DNA from: Myxococcota bacterium
Lineage (GTDB): Bacteria > Myxococcota_A > UBA796 > CAJQPC01
Reading direction: 5' to 3'
Length of the DNA stretch: 64,000 nucleotides
Assembly (NCBI GenBank): GCA_036229005.1
Contig: JAZAMN010000020.1
Location: forward strand, 160,001-224,000
In this document: one piece after another, positions 1 through 16,902 of the stretch
Layout of the letters: the number at the start of each line of letters is the position of its first letter
How positions within the stretch are numbered: position 1 is the stretch's first letter
The notes under the pieces: model-generated
Seen by the model: the letters and a program-made list of their open reading frames with translations, nothing else
Databases searched by the model: none
Told to the model about the DNA's origin: nothing
Position numbers and translations under genes: made by a program

Positions 1-1
1 C

Positions 2-430
2 GCCACCCTGGACCTGGAGCCCGCCGCTCCCGAGGCCGACGCCGTCCAGAAGGCCACCGGACCGGAGCTGGGCGCCAAGGAGGCCATCCCCGCCACCGAC
101 CCGCCCCAGGTGGACATCGGCTCGCACCTCAACGCAGCCGTCGCCTACCAGGTCAAGGTCGGTGAGGCCGCCGCGCTGCGCAACATCGCCACCCTGGCCG
201 AGCGCCACGGGGGCCGCGCCTACAACGCCACCACCGGCAAGGCGCTGCGCCCCGCCGACTTCGACAACGCCAGCGCCGTCCAGGTACAGGTGCGCATCCC
301 CCCCGCCCAGCTCGCGGCCTTCGCCTCCGATCTCCAGCGCGTGGGCGCCGTGCAGAAGACCTCGATGAACGACGTCAACCTCTACGGCCCCGACACCATC
401 TCGGTGAACCTGGACGTCCGGTTGCAGTAG
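2..430 (+). CDS. Hypothetical protein, 5'-truncated by window edge
   Basis: Frame of ORF 110..430 is open back to base 2 with GC3-rich codons; no recognised domain. Confidence 0.7.
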   Translation, partial: ATLDLEPAAPEADAVQKATGPELGAKEAIPATDPPQVDIGSHLNAAVAYQVKVGEAAALRNIATLAERHGGRAYNATTGKALRPADFDNASAVQVQVRIPPAQLAAFASDLQRVGAVQKTSMNDVNLYGPDTISVNLDVRLQ

Positions 431-478
431 AGGAGCGGGCTGGAGGGCCCCCGGCAGGCCTCGGTTCACCTCGTCGAT

Positions 479-500
479 GGGTGTCAGTTCTTCGACACCC
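479..500. promoter_or_regulatory. Palindrome GGGTGTC-N8-GACACCC, candidate transcription-factor site (CRP-family MrpC-like, or activator UAS)
   Basis: Perfect 7-bp inverted repeat ~60-80 bp upstream of a sigma54 motif; matches the TGTY-N8-RAC form known for myxobacterial MrpC. Confidence 0.45.
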
Positions 501-560
501 CCTGTCAACTTCTCGGTCAGGCGAGGTGCGGCCGACCCCGACGGACTGGGCAGATCCCCT

Positions 561-576
561 TGGCACAGCCCTTGCT
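561..576 (+). promoter_or_regulatory. Sigma54 (-24/-12) promoter of radC
   Basis: TGGCAC-AGCCC-TTGCT matches TGGCAC-N5-TTGCW with exact spacing, 32 nt before ATG 609. Confidence 0.7.
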
Positions 577-608
577 TCCCCCTGGGCAAACACCCAAGGG
601 GGGACCCC

Positions 609-1292
609 ATGCACCCACAGCCTCGCGAGCACTACACCCTCAACGGCCCCAGCCAGGCCAGCGAGCTGGAGCTGCTCTCGCTGATCATCGGCACCGGCGC
701 CAGTGGCCGCAGCACCCGCGAGATCGCGCTGCACCTGCTCCAGCGCTTTGGCAGCGCCCGGAAGATCGCGCAGCTCCCGGTGGCCGTGCTCACCCAGATC
801 CCGGGCCTGGGGCCGGCCCGCGCCGTCCGCATCCACGCAGCCTGCGCCTTGTCCCTGCTGCCCGAGCAGCGCCCCGCCCTGAACCGCGTGCTCTCGCCGG
901 ACGACGCCGCGCTGCTGCTGCGCCCCGCCCTCTCGGGCCGCCGCCGCGAGCACTTGGTGGCGCTCTACCTGGCCACGTCCGGCCGGCCGCTGGCCATCGA
1001 GTCCCTGAGCCAAGGCAGCGTGGATCGCACCCTGGTGGACCCGCGTGAAGTGTTCCGCCCTGCGCTCGTGCTGGGCGCTCGGAACGTGGTGCTGGGGCAC
1101 AACCACCCCAGCGGGGACCTGAACCCGTCGGCCGAGGACCTCGCCGTCACCCACCGGGTCTCGGAGCTGGGGAACAGCCTGGGGGTGTACCTGGTGGACC
1201 ACCTGATCCTGGCGGGCGGGGACTTCACCTCCCTGGCCGAGCGCGGGGTGCTCCCGGTGTGGGAGACGGCACCGCTGGGGTTCACCCGCTGA
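609..1292 (+). CDS. radC: RadC family JAB/MPN domain protein
   Basis: PRE...ELL N-terminus, HhH GLGPARA, V-DPREVF, HNHPSGDLNPSAED, LVDHLI motifs; ATG 609 preferred over 477. Confidence 0.92.
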   Translation: MHPQPREHYTLNGPSQASELELLSLIIGTGASGRSTREIALHLLQRFGSARKIAQLPVAVLTQIPGLGPARAVRIHAACALSLLPEQRPALNRVLSPDDAALLLRPALSGRRREHLVALYLATSGRPLAIESLSQGSVDRTLVDPREVFRPALVLGARNVVLGHNHPSGDLNPSAEDLAVTHRVSELGNSLGVYLVDHLILAGGDFTSLAERGVLPVWETAPLGFTR

Positions 1293-1355
1293 TCCGTGGG
1301 CTACTTTGGACGCGGCGGGCTGTGCAAGGCCCGGCCGGTGGTTAGGTAAGGCGCG

Positions 1356-2336
1356 ATGTTTCCCTATCTCTACGCACAGCAGACCGACGGCGACCCCCTC
1401 CTCTACGGGACCTACGGCTTGATGCTGGTCCTGGCCTTCGGGCTGGCCGCGCTGGTCTCCGGCGCGCGCATGAAGAAGGTGGGCATCAACCCGGACGTGG
1501 TGGTGCCGCTGATCGTGGTCGCCATCATCAGCTCCATCTTCGGCGCCCGGCTCCTGCACTTCCTGGGCAGCCCCGGCGACCGCGAGCGCTTCCTGGCCAA
1601 CCCCCTGGTCATCTTCGACCTGAGCTCGGGCGGCATGGCCGTGATGGGCGGCGTGGCCATGGCCATCATCTGCTCGTGGATCTACCTGGCCTACATCCGC
1701 AAGGTGGACGCCTGGAAGGTGGCCGACATCGCCGGCCCCAGCATCTTCCTGGGTCAGGCCATCGGCCGCATGGGCTGCTTCTTCGCGGGCTGCTGCCACG
1801 GTCAGCACATCGAGGACGCGGTGGTCGAGTCCACTCTGGCGCACTTCGCGGGCGGCGACATCGTCAAGCTGCAAGAGGCGCCCTACGTGGCCTACGAGTA
1901 CCACCGCGCCACCGGGCCCCAGGACTTCGGCTTCCTGCCGGAGGTCCAGCAGGGCATGGGCAGCCTCTTCGACGTGCCGCTCTACCCGGCCCAGTCCTAC
2001 GAGGCGCTGGGTGCGCTGATCGGCTTCGCGCTGCTGTCCCTGGTGTGGCGCTACGCCCGCAAGTTCGACGGCCAGATCATGGGCATGTACCTGATCTTCT
2101 ACGCGGGCCTGCGCTACCTGGTCGAGGGCGTGCGCGGCGACGCGGTGCGCGGCACGGCCTACCTGACCCAGTACTTTGACGGCGGCATCTCCACCTCCCA
2201 GGTGACCTCCCTGCTCTTTGTGGCGGCGGGCATCCTGGTGATGGTCCTGGGCCTGGTGTTCAACCGGGGCGTCAAGGACGAGCAGGTCTTCGAGGAGGAG
2301 GAGTCCGACGACCTCATCGACGAGCTGGTCGGCTGA
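1356..2336 (+). CDS. lgt: Prolipoprotein diacylglyceryl transferase
   Basis: YGLM, GARLLH, GQAIGRMGCFFAGCCHG, YPAQSYE, RYLVEGVRGD motifs; multiple TM helices. Confidence 0.9.
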   Translation: MFPYLYAQQTDGDPLLYGTYGLMLVLAFGLAALVSGARMKKVGINPDVVVPLIVVAIISSIFGARLLHFLGSPGDRERFLANPLVIFDLSSGGMAVMGGVAMAIICSWIYLAYIRKVDAWKVADIAGPSIFLGQAIGRMGCFFAGCCHGQHIEDAVVESTLAHFAGGDIVKLQEAPYVAYEYHRATGPQDFGFLPEVQQGMGSLFDVPLYPAQSYEALGALIGFALLSLVWRYARKFDGQIMGMYLIFYAGLRYLVEGVRGDAVRGTAYLTQYFDGGISTSQVTSLLFVAAGILVMVLGLVFNRGVKDEQVFEEEESDDLIDELVG

Positions 2337-2363
2337 GCCCAGCGGGCCGGCTATGCTGGCCCC

Positions 2364-3296
2364 ATGCCCATGTGGATGCTCCTGAGCCTGGCGTGTAGGA
2401 CCTCGACCCCGGTGTCCGCGCCGGCCACCACCACGATGACCTCGACTGCGCCCGATGTGGTTCGATTTGTGGCGCTGGGGGACGGCGGCGAAGGCAACGC
2501 GACCCAGCGCCGGGTGGCCGAGGCGGTCCAGAAGGTGTGCCAAGAGCGCGGGTGCGACCTGGTCCTCTACCTCGGCGACAACCTGTACCCGGACGGGCCG
2601 GTGTCGGTGGACGACCCGCAGTTCCACGACAAGTTCGAGGCCCCCTACGCGGAGCTGGACCTGCCCTTCATGGTGGTGCTGGGCAACCACGACTTCGGGG
2701 AGCGGCCCTTCGACCAGGAGAAGGCGGCGCTGGAGGTCGCCTACGCGCAGACCTCGGACAAGTGGACCATGCCGGGGCGCTTCTACGACTTTGTGGCGGG
2801 GCCGGCGCAGTTCTACGCCCTGGACACCAACGAGATCATGGTCTGGGACGAGCTGAACCAGGCCGGGTGGATGGAGCGGGCGCAGCGGGGATCGGACCGG
2901 CCCTGGCAGATCGCCTTCGGCCACCACCCCTACATCTCCAACGGCAAGCACGGCAGCGCCGGCAGCTACGAGGGGCTCCCCGCCATCCCCATCGCCAACG
3001 GGGCCAAGCTCAAGGAGTTCTTGGACGCGCGGGTCTGCGGGCAGGTGGACCTGTACCTGTCCGGGCATGACCACAACCGCCAGTGGCTGGAGCCCCAATG
3101 CGGAACGCAGTTCGCGGTCTCTGGCGCCGCGGCCAAGCTCACGCCGCTGGAGCACCGGGGCGTGCCCACCGCCTTCGAGGACGACTCCAAGGCGGGATTC
3201 CTGTGGGTGGAGCTCGCAGGCGATACCCTGACGGCGGCCTTCTACGACGAGCAGGCCCAGCTTGACCACCAGACCACCCTGACCCGGAGTCCCTGA
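2364..3296 (+). CDS. Metallophosphoesterase (purple acid phosphatase-like) lipoprotein
   Basis: GDGG, GDNLY, GNHD, GHHP, GHDH motifs; LSLAC lipobox. Confidence 0.88.
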   Translation: MPMWMLLSLACRTSTPVSAPATTTMTSTAPDVVRFVALGDGGEGNATQRRVAEAVQKVCQERGCDLVLYLGDNLYPDGPVSVDDPQFHDKFEAPYAELDLPFMVVLGNHDFGERPFDQEKAALEVAYAQTSDKWTMPGRFYDFVAGPAQFYALDTNEIMVWDELNQAGWMERAQRGSDRPWQIAFGHHPYISNGKHGSAGSYEGLPAIPIANGAKLKEFLDARVCGQVDLYLSGHDHNRQWLEPQCGTQFAVSGAAAKLTPLEHRGVPTAFEDDSKAGFLWVELAGDTLTAAFYDEQAQLDHQTTLTRSP

Positions 3297-4198
3297 GTGC
3301 GCGCAACCGTCCTGTTCGAGCTGCCCGATGGCGCCCAGGTGGAGCTGGGGCACGGAGATTTGATCGGCCGGCTGTGGTCCGCGGCGCTGCAGTTGGACGA
3401 CGCGCGGATCTCCGAGGCGCACGCGATGCTCTCGCTGCGGGGGGACAGCTTTCGGCTGCTGGCACTCCGGGGGCGCATGGCGGTGGATGGCAAGCCGGCG
3501 ACCACCGTGGAGCTGACCGAGGGCCTGCAGGTGCACCTGGCGCGGGAGCTGAGCCTGCGGGTGCTGGAGATCAGCCTGCCCACCCGCGTGTTGGGCGTCC
3601 AGGCGCCCGGCCTGCCCCTCCAGGCGCTGCACGGGGTCTGCTCCATCAAGGGCGGCCCAAGGCCGGAGCTGCTGCCCCGCTACGCCCGGGACGCCGACGC
3701 CCACATCTGGTCGGACGGCGCCCACTGGCTGCTGCAGATCGCCGGCCAGGAGCAGCGCATCGAGCTCAAGGTCGGCAGCACCTGGGAGCTGGCGGGCGTG
3801 CCCTTCTCGGCCCAGGCCATCGAGCTGTCGCAGGCCACCCCCGACGCCACGCGACAGGCCGGTCAGCTCCGGACCCCCCTGACCCTGGTCGCCAACTACG
3901 ACAGCGTGCACATCCAGCGGGAGGGAGAGGCGCCGCTGGCCCTGTCCGGACTGGCCGCCCGCATCCTCTCTGAGCTTGTGGCCTTCGACGGCCCCGTGGA
4001 CTGGCAGATCCTCGCGAACGAGGTCTGGCCGGACGAAGACGACCCCCACCTGCTGCGCCGGCGCCTGGACGTCACCCTGGCCCGCATGCGCAAGAAGCTG
4101 CGGGAGCACGGGCTGCGCAAGGACCTGGTGCGGGCCGACGGGCTGGGCCACCTGGAGCTGTTCATGTACGAGGGGGACCAGGTCGAGGACCGCACCTG

Positions 4199-4199
<1 letters not shown>
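3297..4199 (+). CDS. FHA domain + C-terminal OmpR-type winged-helix regulator
   Basis: IGR...ISEAH FHA core; C-terminal EVWPDE...LDVTLARMRKKL wHTH; stop overlaps kinase start. Confidence 0.8.
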
Positions 4200-7216
<3,017 letters not shown>

Positions 7217-7228
7217 GGCGTGCCAGTC

Positions 7229-8163
7229 TCAGACCTCGATGGTCACGATCCGCTTGATCAGGAAGGCGCCCAGCGCCTGCAGGCCCAGCATCACGGCGAG
7301 CATGCCCCAGCCCAGCCCCGTGGTCCACAGCCGCGAGATCAGCTCGGAGTCCATCAGGTAGAGCACAAAGCCCAGCACGAAGGGCAGCACAACAATGATC
7401 ACGCCCTGGGAGATGCCCTGCGCGGTCAGCGTCTTGATGCGTCCCTGGACCTTGCGGCGCTCGCGGATGGTGTGCGCGATGGTGTCGAAGGTCTCCGAGA
7501 GGTTGCCGCCCGACTGCCGCAGGATGTTGATCGAGGTGACCATGATCTGCAGGTCTTCGGTGTTGATGCGCTCCTCCAGGTTGAGCAGCGCGTCTTCAAG
7601 CGGCACCCCCAGGCGCTGCTCGGACATCACCAGCGCGAACTCCTGGGAGACGGGGTCCGGCAGCTCCTCGCGCACCATGTCCATGGTCTGGATGAGCGAC
7701 AGCCCCGACTTGAGGCCGTTGGACATGAAGGTCAGGGCGTCCAGCATCTGGTCCGAGAAGGCGCTCACCCGGCGCTCCCAGAGCACCTTCATGATGAGCC
7801 GCGGGAGCTGGTAGCCAACCGCCATGAACCCGATGGACAGCACCACGCGCAGCACGTGGTAGCCGGCCTCCCAGGGCAGCCCGGCGGTCAGCAGGAGCGC
7901 AACCCCGACCCCCAGGACCATCCCCACCAGCATGCCGCCCACCACGTGGCGCGCGCGCAGCTCCATGAACATCTTGTCGGCCGTCTGGAGCATCCAGGTC
8001 ACGTAGCCGGCGGTCGTGCTCTTGAAGCGCTCGTCCAGCCACGGCCCCAGCATCCAGCCCACCGCGCCCCAAGCCAACAGCAGGGGGATCACGGCGACCA
8101 GACGCAGCACGGTCAGCAGGTCATACCAGCCAGGGAGCATGAGGAGGGACTCGGCAGACTCCA

Positions 8164-8164
<1 letters not shown>
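7229..8164 (-). CDS. tadB: Tad pilus inner-membrane platform protein TadB (T2SS F family)
   Basis: QMLDALTFMSNGLKSGLSL, QSGGNLSE, IRERRKVQGRIKTLTAQG; downstream of CpaF. Confidence 0.88.
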
Positions 8165-10416
<2,252 letters not shown>

Positions 10417-11847
10417 TTACTGCCGGACCTCGTCCAGGTTGAACTGGTCCTTGATCTCCTGGTTGGCCTCCGAGCTCGTCTCGTGGATCTGGGGCGTCAG
10501 GAAGACCAGGAACTGGGACTTGCTCTTCTTGTACTCGCGGTTGCGGTAGAGGCTGTAGACGGCGTTGTCGACCTGCTGGGTGGGCACCCGGTTGTAGTCC
10601 ACCGAGTCCGAGACCCGCTGCAGGCCGCCGATCACGATGCTCTCGCCGCTGCGGCAGAACTCCGAGGTGCTCAGGGTCGACTTGTTCACCGCCTGGTAGC
10701 CGTTGGAGGCGACCTCACCCAGCGCGGTGACCTCGACGCCGATGTCCATGTCGACCTCGTTGCCCTGGGCGTAGGGCGTGACGTCGACCCGGATGCCGAT
10801 GTCCCGGAACTCCACACTGTTGAACAGCCCCTGGGTCACCAGGTAGGGGTACTCGCTGCCGGCGAAGATGCTGGCGCTGTCGCCGCTCTTGACCGACACG
10901 GTGGGGTTCTCCAGCACCCGCGCGTAGCCCGCGGTGCGCGCCTGCTCGATGCGGGGCAGGATGGAGGAGACGGTGGCCGTCGCGTAGCCGGAGGTCGTCC
11001 CCCAGGCGCCGTTGGCGTATTCGCGCTGGAAGAAGACGTCCGGACCATCCACCTGCAGCGGGGTCCACTCGACGCCCCAGGACTGGGTCAGGCTCTTGGC
11101 CAGCTCCACAAAGTGGACCGTGATCACCAGCGTGGGGTTGCGGCCGGGGATGCGCTCGACCTCGCGCATGTCCAGCACCGACACGACGTCCGGCGAGTAC
11201 GCCTGCCCGATCGCGATGGCGCGGTTGAGCTCCGCCTCGGAGAACACCACGCCCTCCAGCAGGATCTGGTTGTTCACCACCCGGGCCTTGACCCCGGGGC
11301 GATCGATCTCCTGCTCGATGATGCCGGCCAGCAGCTTCTGGGCGACGGGGCTCAGGGTGACCATCGACTCGACCATGGGCTCGCGCGCGGCCAGGTCCTC
11401 GATGCGCATCTTCTCCTCGTCCAGGGAGACCTCGCCCTGGATGTAGACGCGCCCGTTCATGATCTTGATGGAGATGCCCTCGATGTCCTGCAGCAGGTTC
11501 TCCACGTTCTTCATCACGCGGGAGAGGTTGCTGGGGATGACGGTCACCTCGAACTCATCACGCAGGATGCCGTCGATGTCGTAGACCAACAGGTTGGTCG
11601 ACCCTGACCGGCGGCCGGCGATCAGGATCTGGTTGCTGTCGCGCAGCGGCACGACCTTGATGATGTCCGAGCCCGTCGCCACGTTGCCGAAGCGGTAGGG
11701 CACGTCGATCGCCGACTGGGTCTGCACGACCACCAGCACGTCGTCGATGTTGTTCTCGTCGGCGTAGCCTGGGTCGGTGCGGGTCAGGACCAGGCCGGCG
11801 CCCAGCAGCGAGAGGGCCAACAGGGGCCCCATCCAGCGCTTGGACAT
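10417..11847 (-). CDS. cpaC: Tad secretin RcpA/CpaC with pilus-formation N-domain and BON-like domains
   Basis: Signal peptide from ATG 11847 (overlaps cpaB stop); ARVLENPTVSVKSGDSASIFAGSEYP, FRDIGIRVDVTP, SQFLVFLTP secretin motifs. Confidence 0.88.
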   Translation of the reverse strand: MSKRWMGPLLALSLLGAGLVLTRTDPGYADENNIDDVLVVVQTQSAIDVPYRFGNVATGSDIIKVVPLRDSNQILIAGRRSGSTNLLVYDIDGILRDEFEVTVIPSNLSRVMKNVENLLQDIEGISIKIMNGRVYIQGEVSLDEEKMRIEDLAAREPMVESMVTLSPVAQKLLAGIIEQEIDRPGVKARVVNNQILLEGVVFSEAELNRAIAIGQAYSPDVVSVLDMREVERIPGRNPTLVITVHFVELAKSLTQSWGVEWTPLQVDGPDVFFQREYANGAWGTTSGYATATVSSILPRIEQARTAGYARVLENPTVSVKSGDSASIFAGSEYPYLVTQGLFNSVEFRDIGIRVDVTPYAQGNEVDMDIGVEVTALGEVASNGYQAVNKSTLSTSEFCRSGESIVIGGLQRVSDSVDYNRVPTQQVDNAVYSLYRNREYKKSKSQFLVFLTPQIHETSSEANQEIKDQFNLDEVRQ

Positions 11848-12653
11848 CAGAAGCCTCCGGTGCGAATGACTTCCCAGCGGGCGCGGGTGCGGGCCCGGAC
11901 GCGCTGCGGGATGCCAAGGGTGTTGTGGATGGTCGCGTGCTCGAGATCCAGGGCCTTCTCCTTCTCCCACAGGGAGCGGAGGGTCAGCGTCAGAGCGCCG
12001 AGCTCCTGGGCCATGATCAGCTTCTGGGCCTCGTCCGGGTAGACGGCCAGGGTGACGGTGCGCCCGCCGTCCATGCCGCCCGGCTCGTAGACCTCCTCGT
12101 CGCCCTCGGTGTTGGTCACCGCCTGGGGCTGCCCGATGTCGTCACCCACCGCCAGCACGTACACGTTCTGGAAGAGGGTCACGGTGCGGACGTCGGTCTT
12201 GTCGCCCTCGCCAAAGTCGAAGGTGCCGACGATGTCCACGTAGGTGCCGGGCTTGACGTGCCCGCCCACCGAGTTGAACTCGTCCACCGCCACGGACACG
12301 CCGCGCATGCGCGGGGGCACGTAGAAGGCCAGTCCCGCCTCGTCCGGCTTGACCAGCTTGGTGGCCAGGACCTGCTCCCCCTCCAGGATGGGGTTGGAGG
12401 AGATCTGGCCGAGCACCTCGTCCACGTCGGTCACCGCCTGGGGCTGGCGCCACTTGCGGGGCACCATGACGGTGTCGAACATGGTCTCGTCCAGCTTGTA
12501 GTTGGCCGGAATGTCACGGTTGGCGACCAGCGTGGCCATCTCTTCGGAGTCGTAGAGAAGACCCTGCTCGCGATGGTGCACATAGCGGCACTGGACCAAT
12601 GTGAAGAGCAGCGCAGTGATCAGCGCCGCGATGAAGGCCTTGGGGTTCTTCAC
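11847..12653 (-). CDS. cpaB: Flp pilus assembly protein CpaB/RcpC
   Basis: SAF domain (LVANRDIP), VGGHVKPGTYVDIV, QNVYVLAVG, VTLAVYPDEAQKL; GTG 12653 with GAGGT SD. Confidence 0.9.
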   Translation of the reverse strand: MKNPKAFIAALITALLFTLVQCRYVHHREQGLLYDSEEMATLVANRDIPANYKLDETMFDTVMVPRKWRQPQAVTDVDEVLGQISSNPILEGEQVLATKLVKPDEAGLAFYVPPRMRGVSVAVDEFNSVGGHVKPGTYVDIVGTFDFGEGDKTDVRTVTLFQNVYVLAVGDDIGQPQAVTNTEGDEEVYEPGGMDGGRTVTLAVYPDEAQKLIMAQELGALTLTLRSLWEKEKALDLEHATIHNTLGIPQRVRARTRARWEVIRTGGF

Positions 12654-12702
12654 GCCCACCTCGGATACCGCCGAACAATAGCAGGCAGCGGCGCCCAAGT
12701 GG

Positions 12703-12728
12703 GCTGAGGCCCCCCAAGAGACCTCAGC
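12703..12728 (-). terminator. Hairpin between pilin genes and cpaB (possible terminator or mRNA stabiliser)
   Basis: GCTGAGG...CCTCAGC 7-bp stem; no U-tract. Confidence 0.3.
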
Positions 12729-12734
12729 GGACGC

Positions 12735-12932
12735 TCAACGTCGACCCGGTTGAGACGCGGGCCGCTCGTCGTCCAGGAGGATCCGCGTGTCGTCATCCAA
12801 GGCCTCCATCCCCTCCTGGAGCGGGCCGATGAAGACATAGGCAGCAGCCGCCACACCGATCACCACCACCGAGATCGCCAGCATGAACTCCACCGTGGAT
12901 TGGCCCGATCGGCGCAAGCGAGGTCGACTCAT
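12735..12932 (-). CDS. Flp/TadE-like type IVb pilin
   Basis: Basic leader, G|QSTVEF class III cleavage motif, hydrophobic helix. Confidence 0.8.
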   Translation of the reverse strand: MSRPRLRRSGQSTVEFMLAISVVVIGVAAAAYVFIGPLQEGMEALDDDTRILLDDERPASQPGRR

Positions 12933-13453
12933 GCGCCCCCCCAGAAGTCCAGCCAGTCGGTGAACCGCGCGACCGCCACCGCCACCGCGATGACCGGGGC
13001 GTAGGCCACCACCGTCACCGGGACCGGGGGCGCGCCCTCCTCCTGCTGCCCCGCGGCGCTCTGGACGCCGGCCTTGAGCGCGGGGATCAGGTTGCCCAGC
13101 CGCCCCTTGTACGCGAGCACGCCCAGGCCAAAGGGGATGGACAGCAGGTACATCAGCAGGCAGGCGCGGAACACCATGCCCGGCCCCACCAGCGCGCCCA
13201 CCGCCATCATCAGCTTGGCGTCTCCGGCGCGCAGGGTGCGCCCCAGGGCGAAGGCGGGGAAGGTCATGCCGAAGCCCACCGCGATCCCCAGCAACCCGAA
13301 ACCCACCTGACCCTGGAGCACCCAGTAGCAGGCGCCGATCAGCATGGCCGGGAAGGTGAGCTTGTTGAAGATCTTCTGGTACTTGAGGTCCGTACCGACC
13401 GCGATGGCCAGCAGCAGCCCCAAGGCCCCATCCACCACCGTGAGCTGGTCCAT
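12929..13453 (-). CDS. cpaA: Prepilin peptidase, A24 family (CpaA/TadV)
   Basis: TDLKYQKIFN and AGDAKLM aspartate motifs, YAPVI C-terminus; ATG 13453 overlaps upstream pilin stop. Confidence 0.88.
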   Translation of the reverse strand: MDQLTVVDGALGLLLAIAVGTDLKYQKIFNKLTFPAMLIGACYWVLQGQVGFGLLGIAVGFGMTFPAFALGRTLRAGDAKLMMAVGALVGPGMVFRACLLMYLLSIPFGLGVLAYKGRLGNLIPALKAGVQSAAGQQEEGAPPVPVTVVAYAPVIAVAVAVARFTDWLDFWGGA

Positions 13454-13611
13454 CAGGGGTAGGGCCTCACCACCACGTCGCTGGCGTTCTTGAAGGTCAG
13501 GCTCACGCTGTCGGTCAGCACCAGGAAGGCCGCGGCCAGACCGACCACCACCACGCTGATGCCCAACACGTACTCGACGACGGACTGGCCGGATCTCAGG
13601 CGACGCTTCAT
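13453..13611 (-). CDS. flp: Flp type IVb pilin (52 aa)
   Basis: MKRRLRSG|QSVVEYVLGISVVVVGLAAAF with Flp E5-Y6 motif; buried in the C-terminus of track ORF 13453..14124. Confidence 0.85.
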   Translation of the reverse strand: MKRRLRSGQSVVEYVLGISVVVVGLAAAFLVLTDSVSLTFKNASDVVVRPYP

Positions 13612-13885
13612 GCCTACAGCATAGCGGCACGGGGGAGCAGCATGCCCGGATGTTCTCACCGCTGCTGCCCTCGGGCCCACCCGAACATCGAAGCTTCCCG
13701 GCATGGGACCGCCCTCGGGGCGCAACGGGGTGCCGGCCGATCGGGGCACCCCAGCTCCGGGCTTCGCGCTCGGAGGCTCTTCCCTCTCGGGGGGCGCCGC
13801 GCTGTCCCACTGCCTGGGACGGCTGGCCGCCCTGAGCCGCCGGTGGGAGGAGACCTGAGCTTCAGGCCCCCTCAAGGGGTGGGGC

Positions 13886-14293
13886 TCAGGAGCCCCAGCT
13901 CCGGCGCTCGTGCTGCTCCGCCTGCGTCTTGCAGTCGATGCAGAGGGTGGCGACCGGACGCGCCAGCAGGCGCTTGTAGCCGATGGCCTCGCCGCAGCCC
14001 TCGCAGACGCCGTACTCGCCCTCGGAGATGCGCTCCAGAGCCATCTGGATCTTGCCCAGCATCTTGCGCTCGCGGTCCGCGAAGCGCAGGCGGTGGCCGC
14101 GCTCGGACTCGTTGGCGGCGACATCGACCTGGTCTCCGTCGTGGTTCTGCTCTTCGGTCAGATCCCCGATGTTGTCGCGGGAGCGATCGATCAGCAGCTT
14201 GGCCTGGTCCCGGAGGGCCTGGCGAAGGTGCATCACCTCCTCTTGGGACAGGTACTCATCCTCGGGGGGGAGATCGGTCACGTCAGCGCTCAT
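13886..14293 (-). CDS. dksA: DksA/TraR family C4 zinc-finger protein
   Basis: DQVDVA (DxxDxA) coiled-coil tip, CEGC...RLLARP...CIDC. Confidence 0.88.
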   Translation of the reverse strand: MSADVTDLPPEDEYLSQEEVMHLRQALRDQAKLLIDRSRDNIGDLTEEQNHDGDQVDVAANESERGHRLRFADRERKMLGKIQMALERISEGEYGVCEGCGEAIGYKRLLARPVATLCIDCKTQAEQHERRSWGS

Positions 14294-14471
14294 GTGCACC
14301 TCTCTGAGTCAGGCAGGCATTGGGCATCGGCCATTAACGGCTGAGCTTGGCATATCCAAGGCAGGAATTCTGCTCCCCGATCCCTCCAGCGGCAAGATGT
14401 CCCGTGCCGAAGGCGGGATCGCGTGGTAATCGGGGCCACCTGGGCCCCGCCCGCCCCCCTGGAGGAACACG

Positions 14472-14798
14472 ATGGCGCCGCGCGCTCTCTGGCCACTCGC
14501 CCTGCTGCTCGGACTGTCGGCCTGCTACAGCGAGGCGGACTACGAGGCCGAGTACACCGAAGCGATCTGCGACAAGTACTTCGAGTGCTACGACCAGGCG
14601 CAGCAGGAGAACCTGTCCTGGGACAGCGCGGACGAGTGCTACGAAGAGCGCGACGCGCCCCTCCAGACCCAGGAGTCGAGCTGCGAGTTCGACGCCGACA
14701 GCGCGCAGCTCTGCGTCGAGGAGACCCGGGACCTGGCCTGCGCGGATCTCTACGACGGACGCTGGCCGACTCCCTGCTCCACCGTCTGCGGCGAGTAG
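14472..14798 (+). CDS. Small Cys-rich acidic lipoprotein
   Basis: LSAC lipobox, 8 further Cys, GGAGG SD. Confidence 0.8.
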   Translation: MAPRALWPLALLLGLSACYSEADYEAEYTEAICDKYFECYDQAQQENLSWDSADECYEERDAPLQTQESSCEFDADSAQLCVEETRDLACADLYDGRWPTPCSTVCGE

Positions 14799-14819
14799 AC
14801 TGAGCGCACAGGACTCCCC

Positions 14820-16889
<2,070 letters not shown>

Positions 16890-16902
16890 GCAAGGAGCTC
16901 TC

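Noticed and set aside
609..1292. RadC/JAB as marker of a mobile element or CBASS-type defence locus
   Set aside because: Full-length HhH+JAB chromosomal form with housekeeping neighbours (lgt); no cyclase, E1/E2 or mobility genes.
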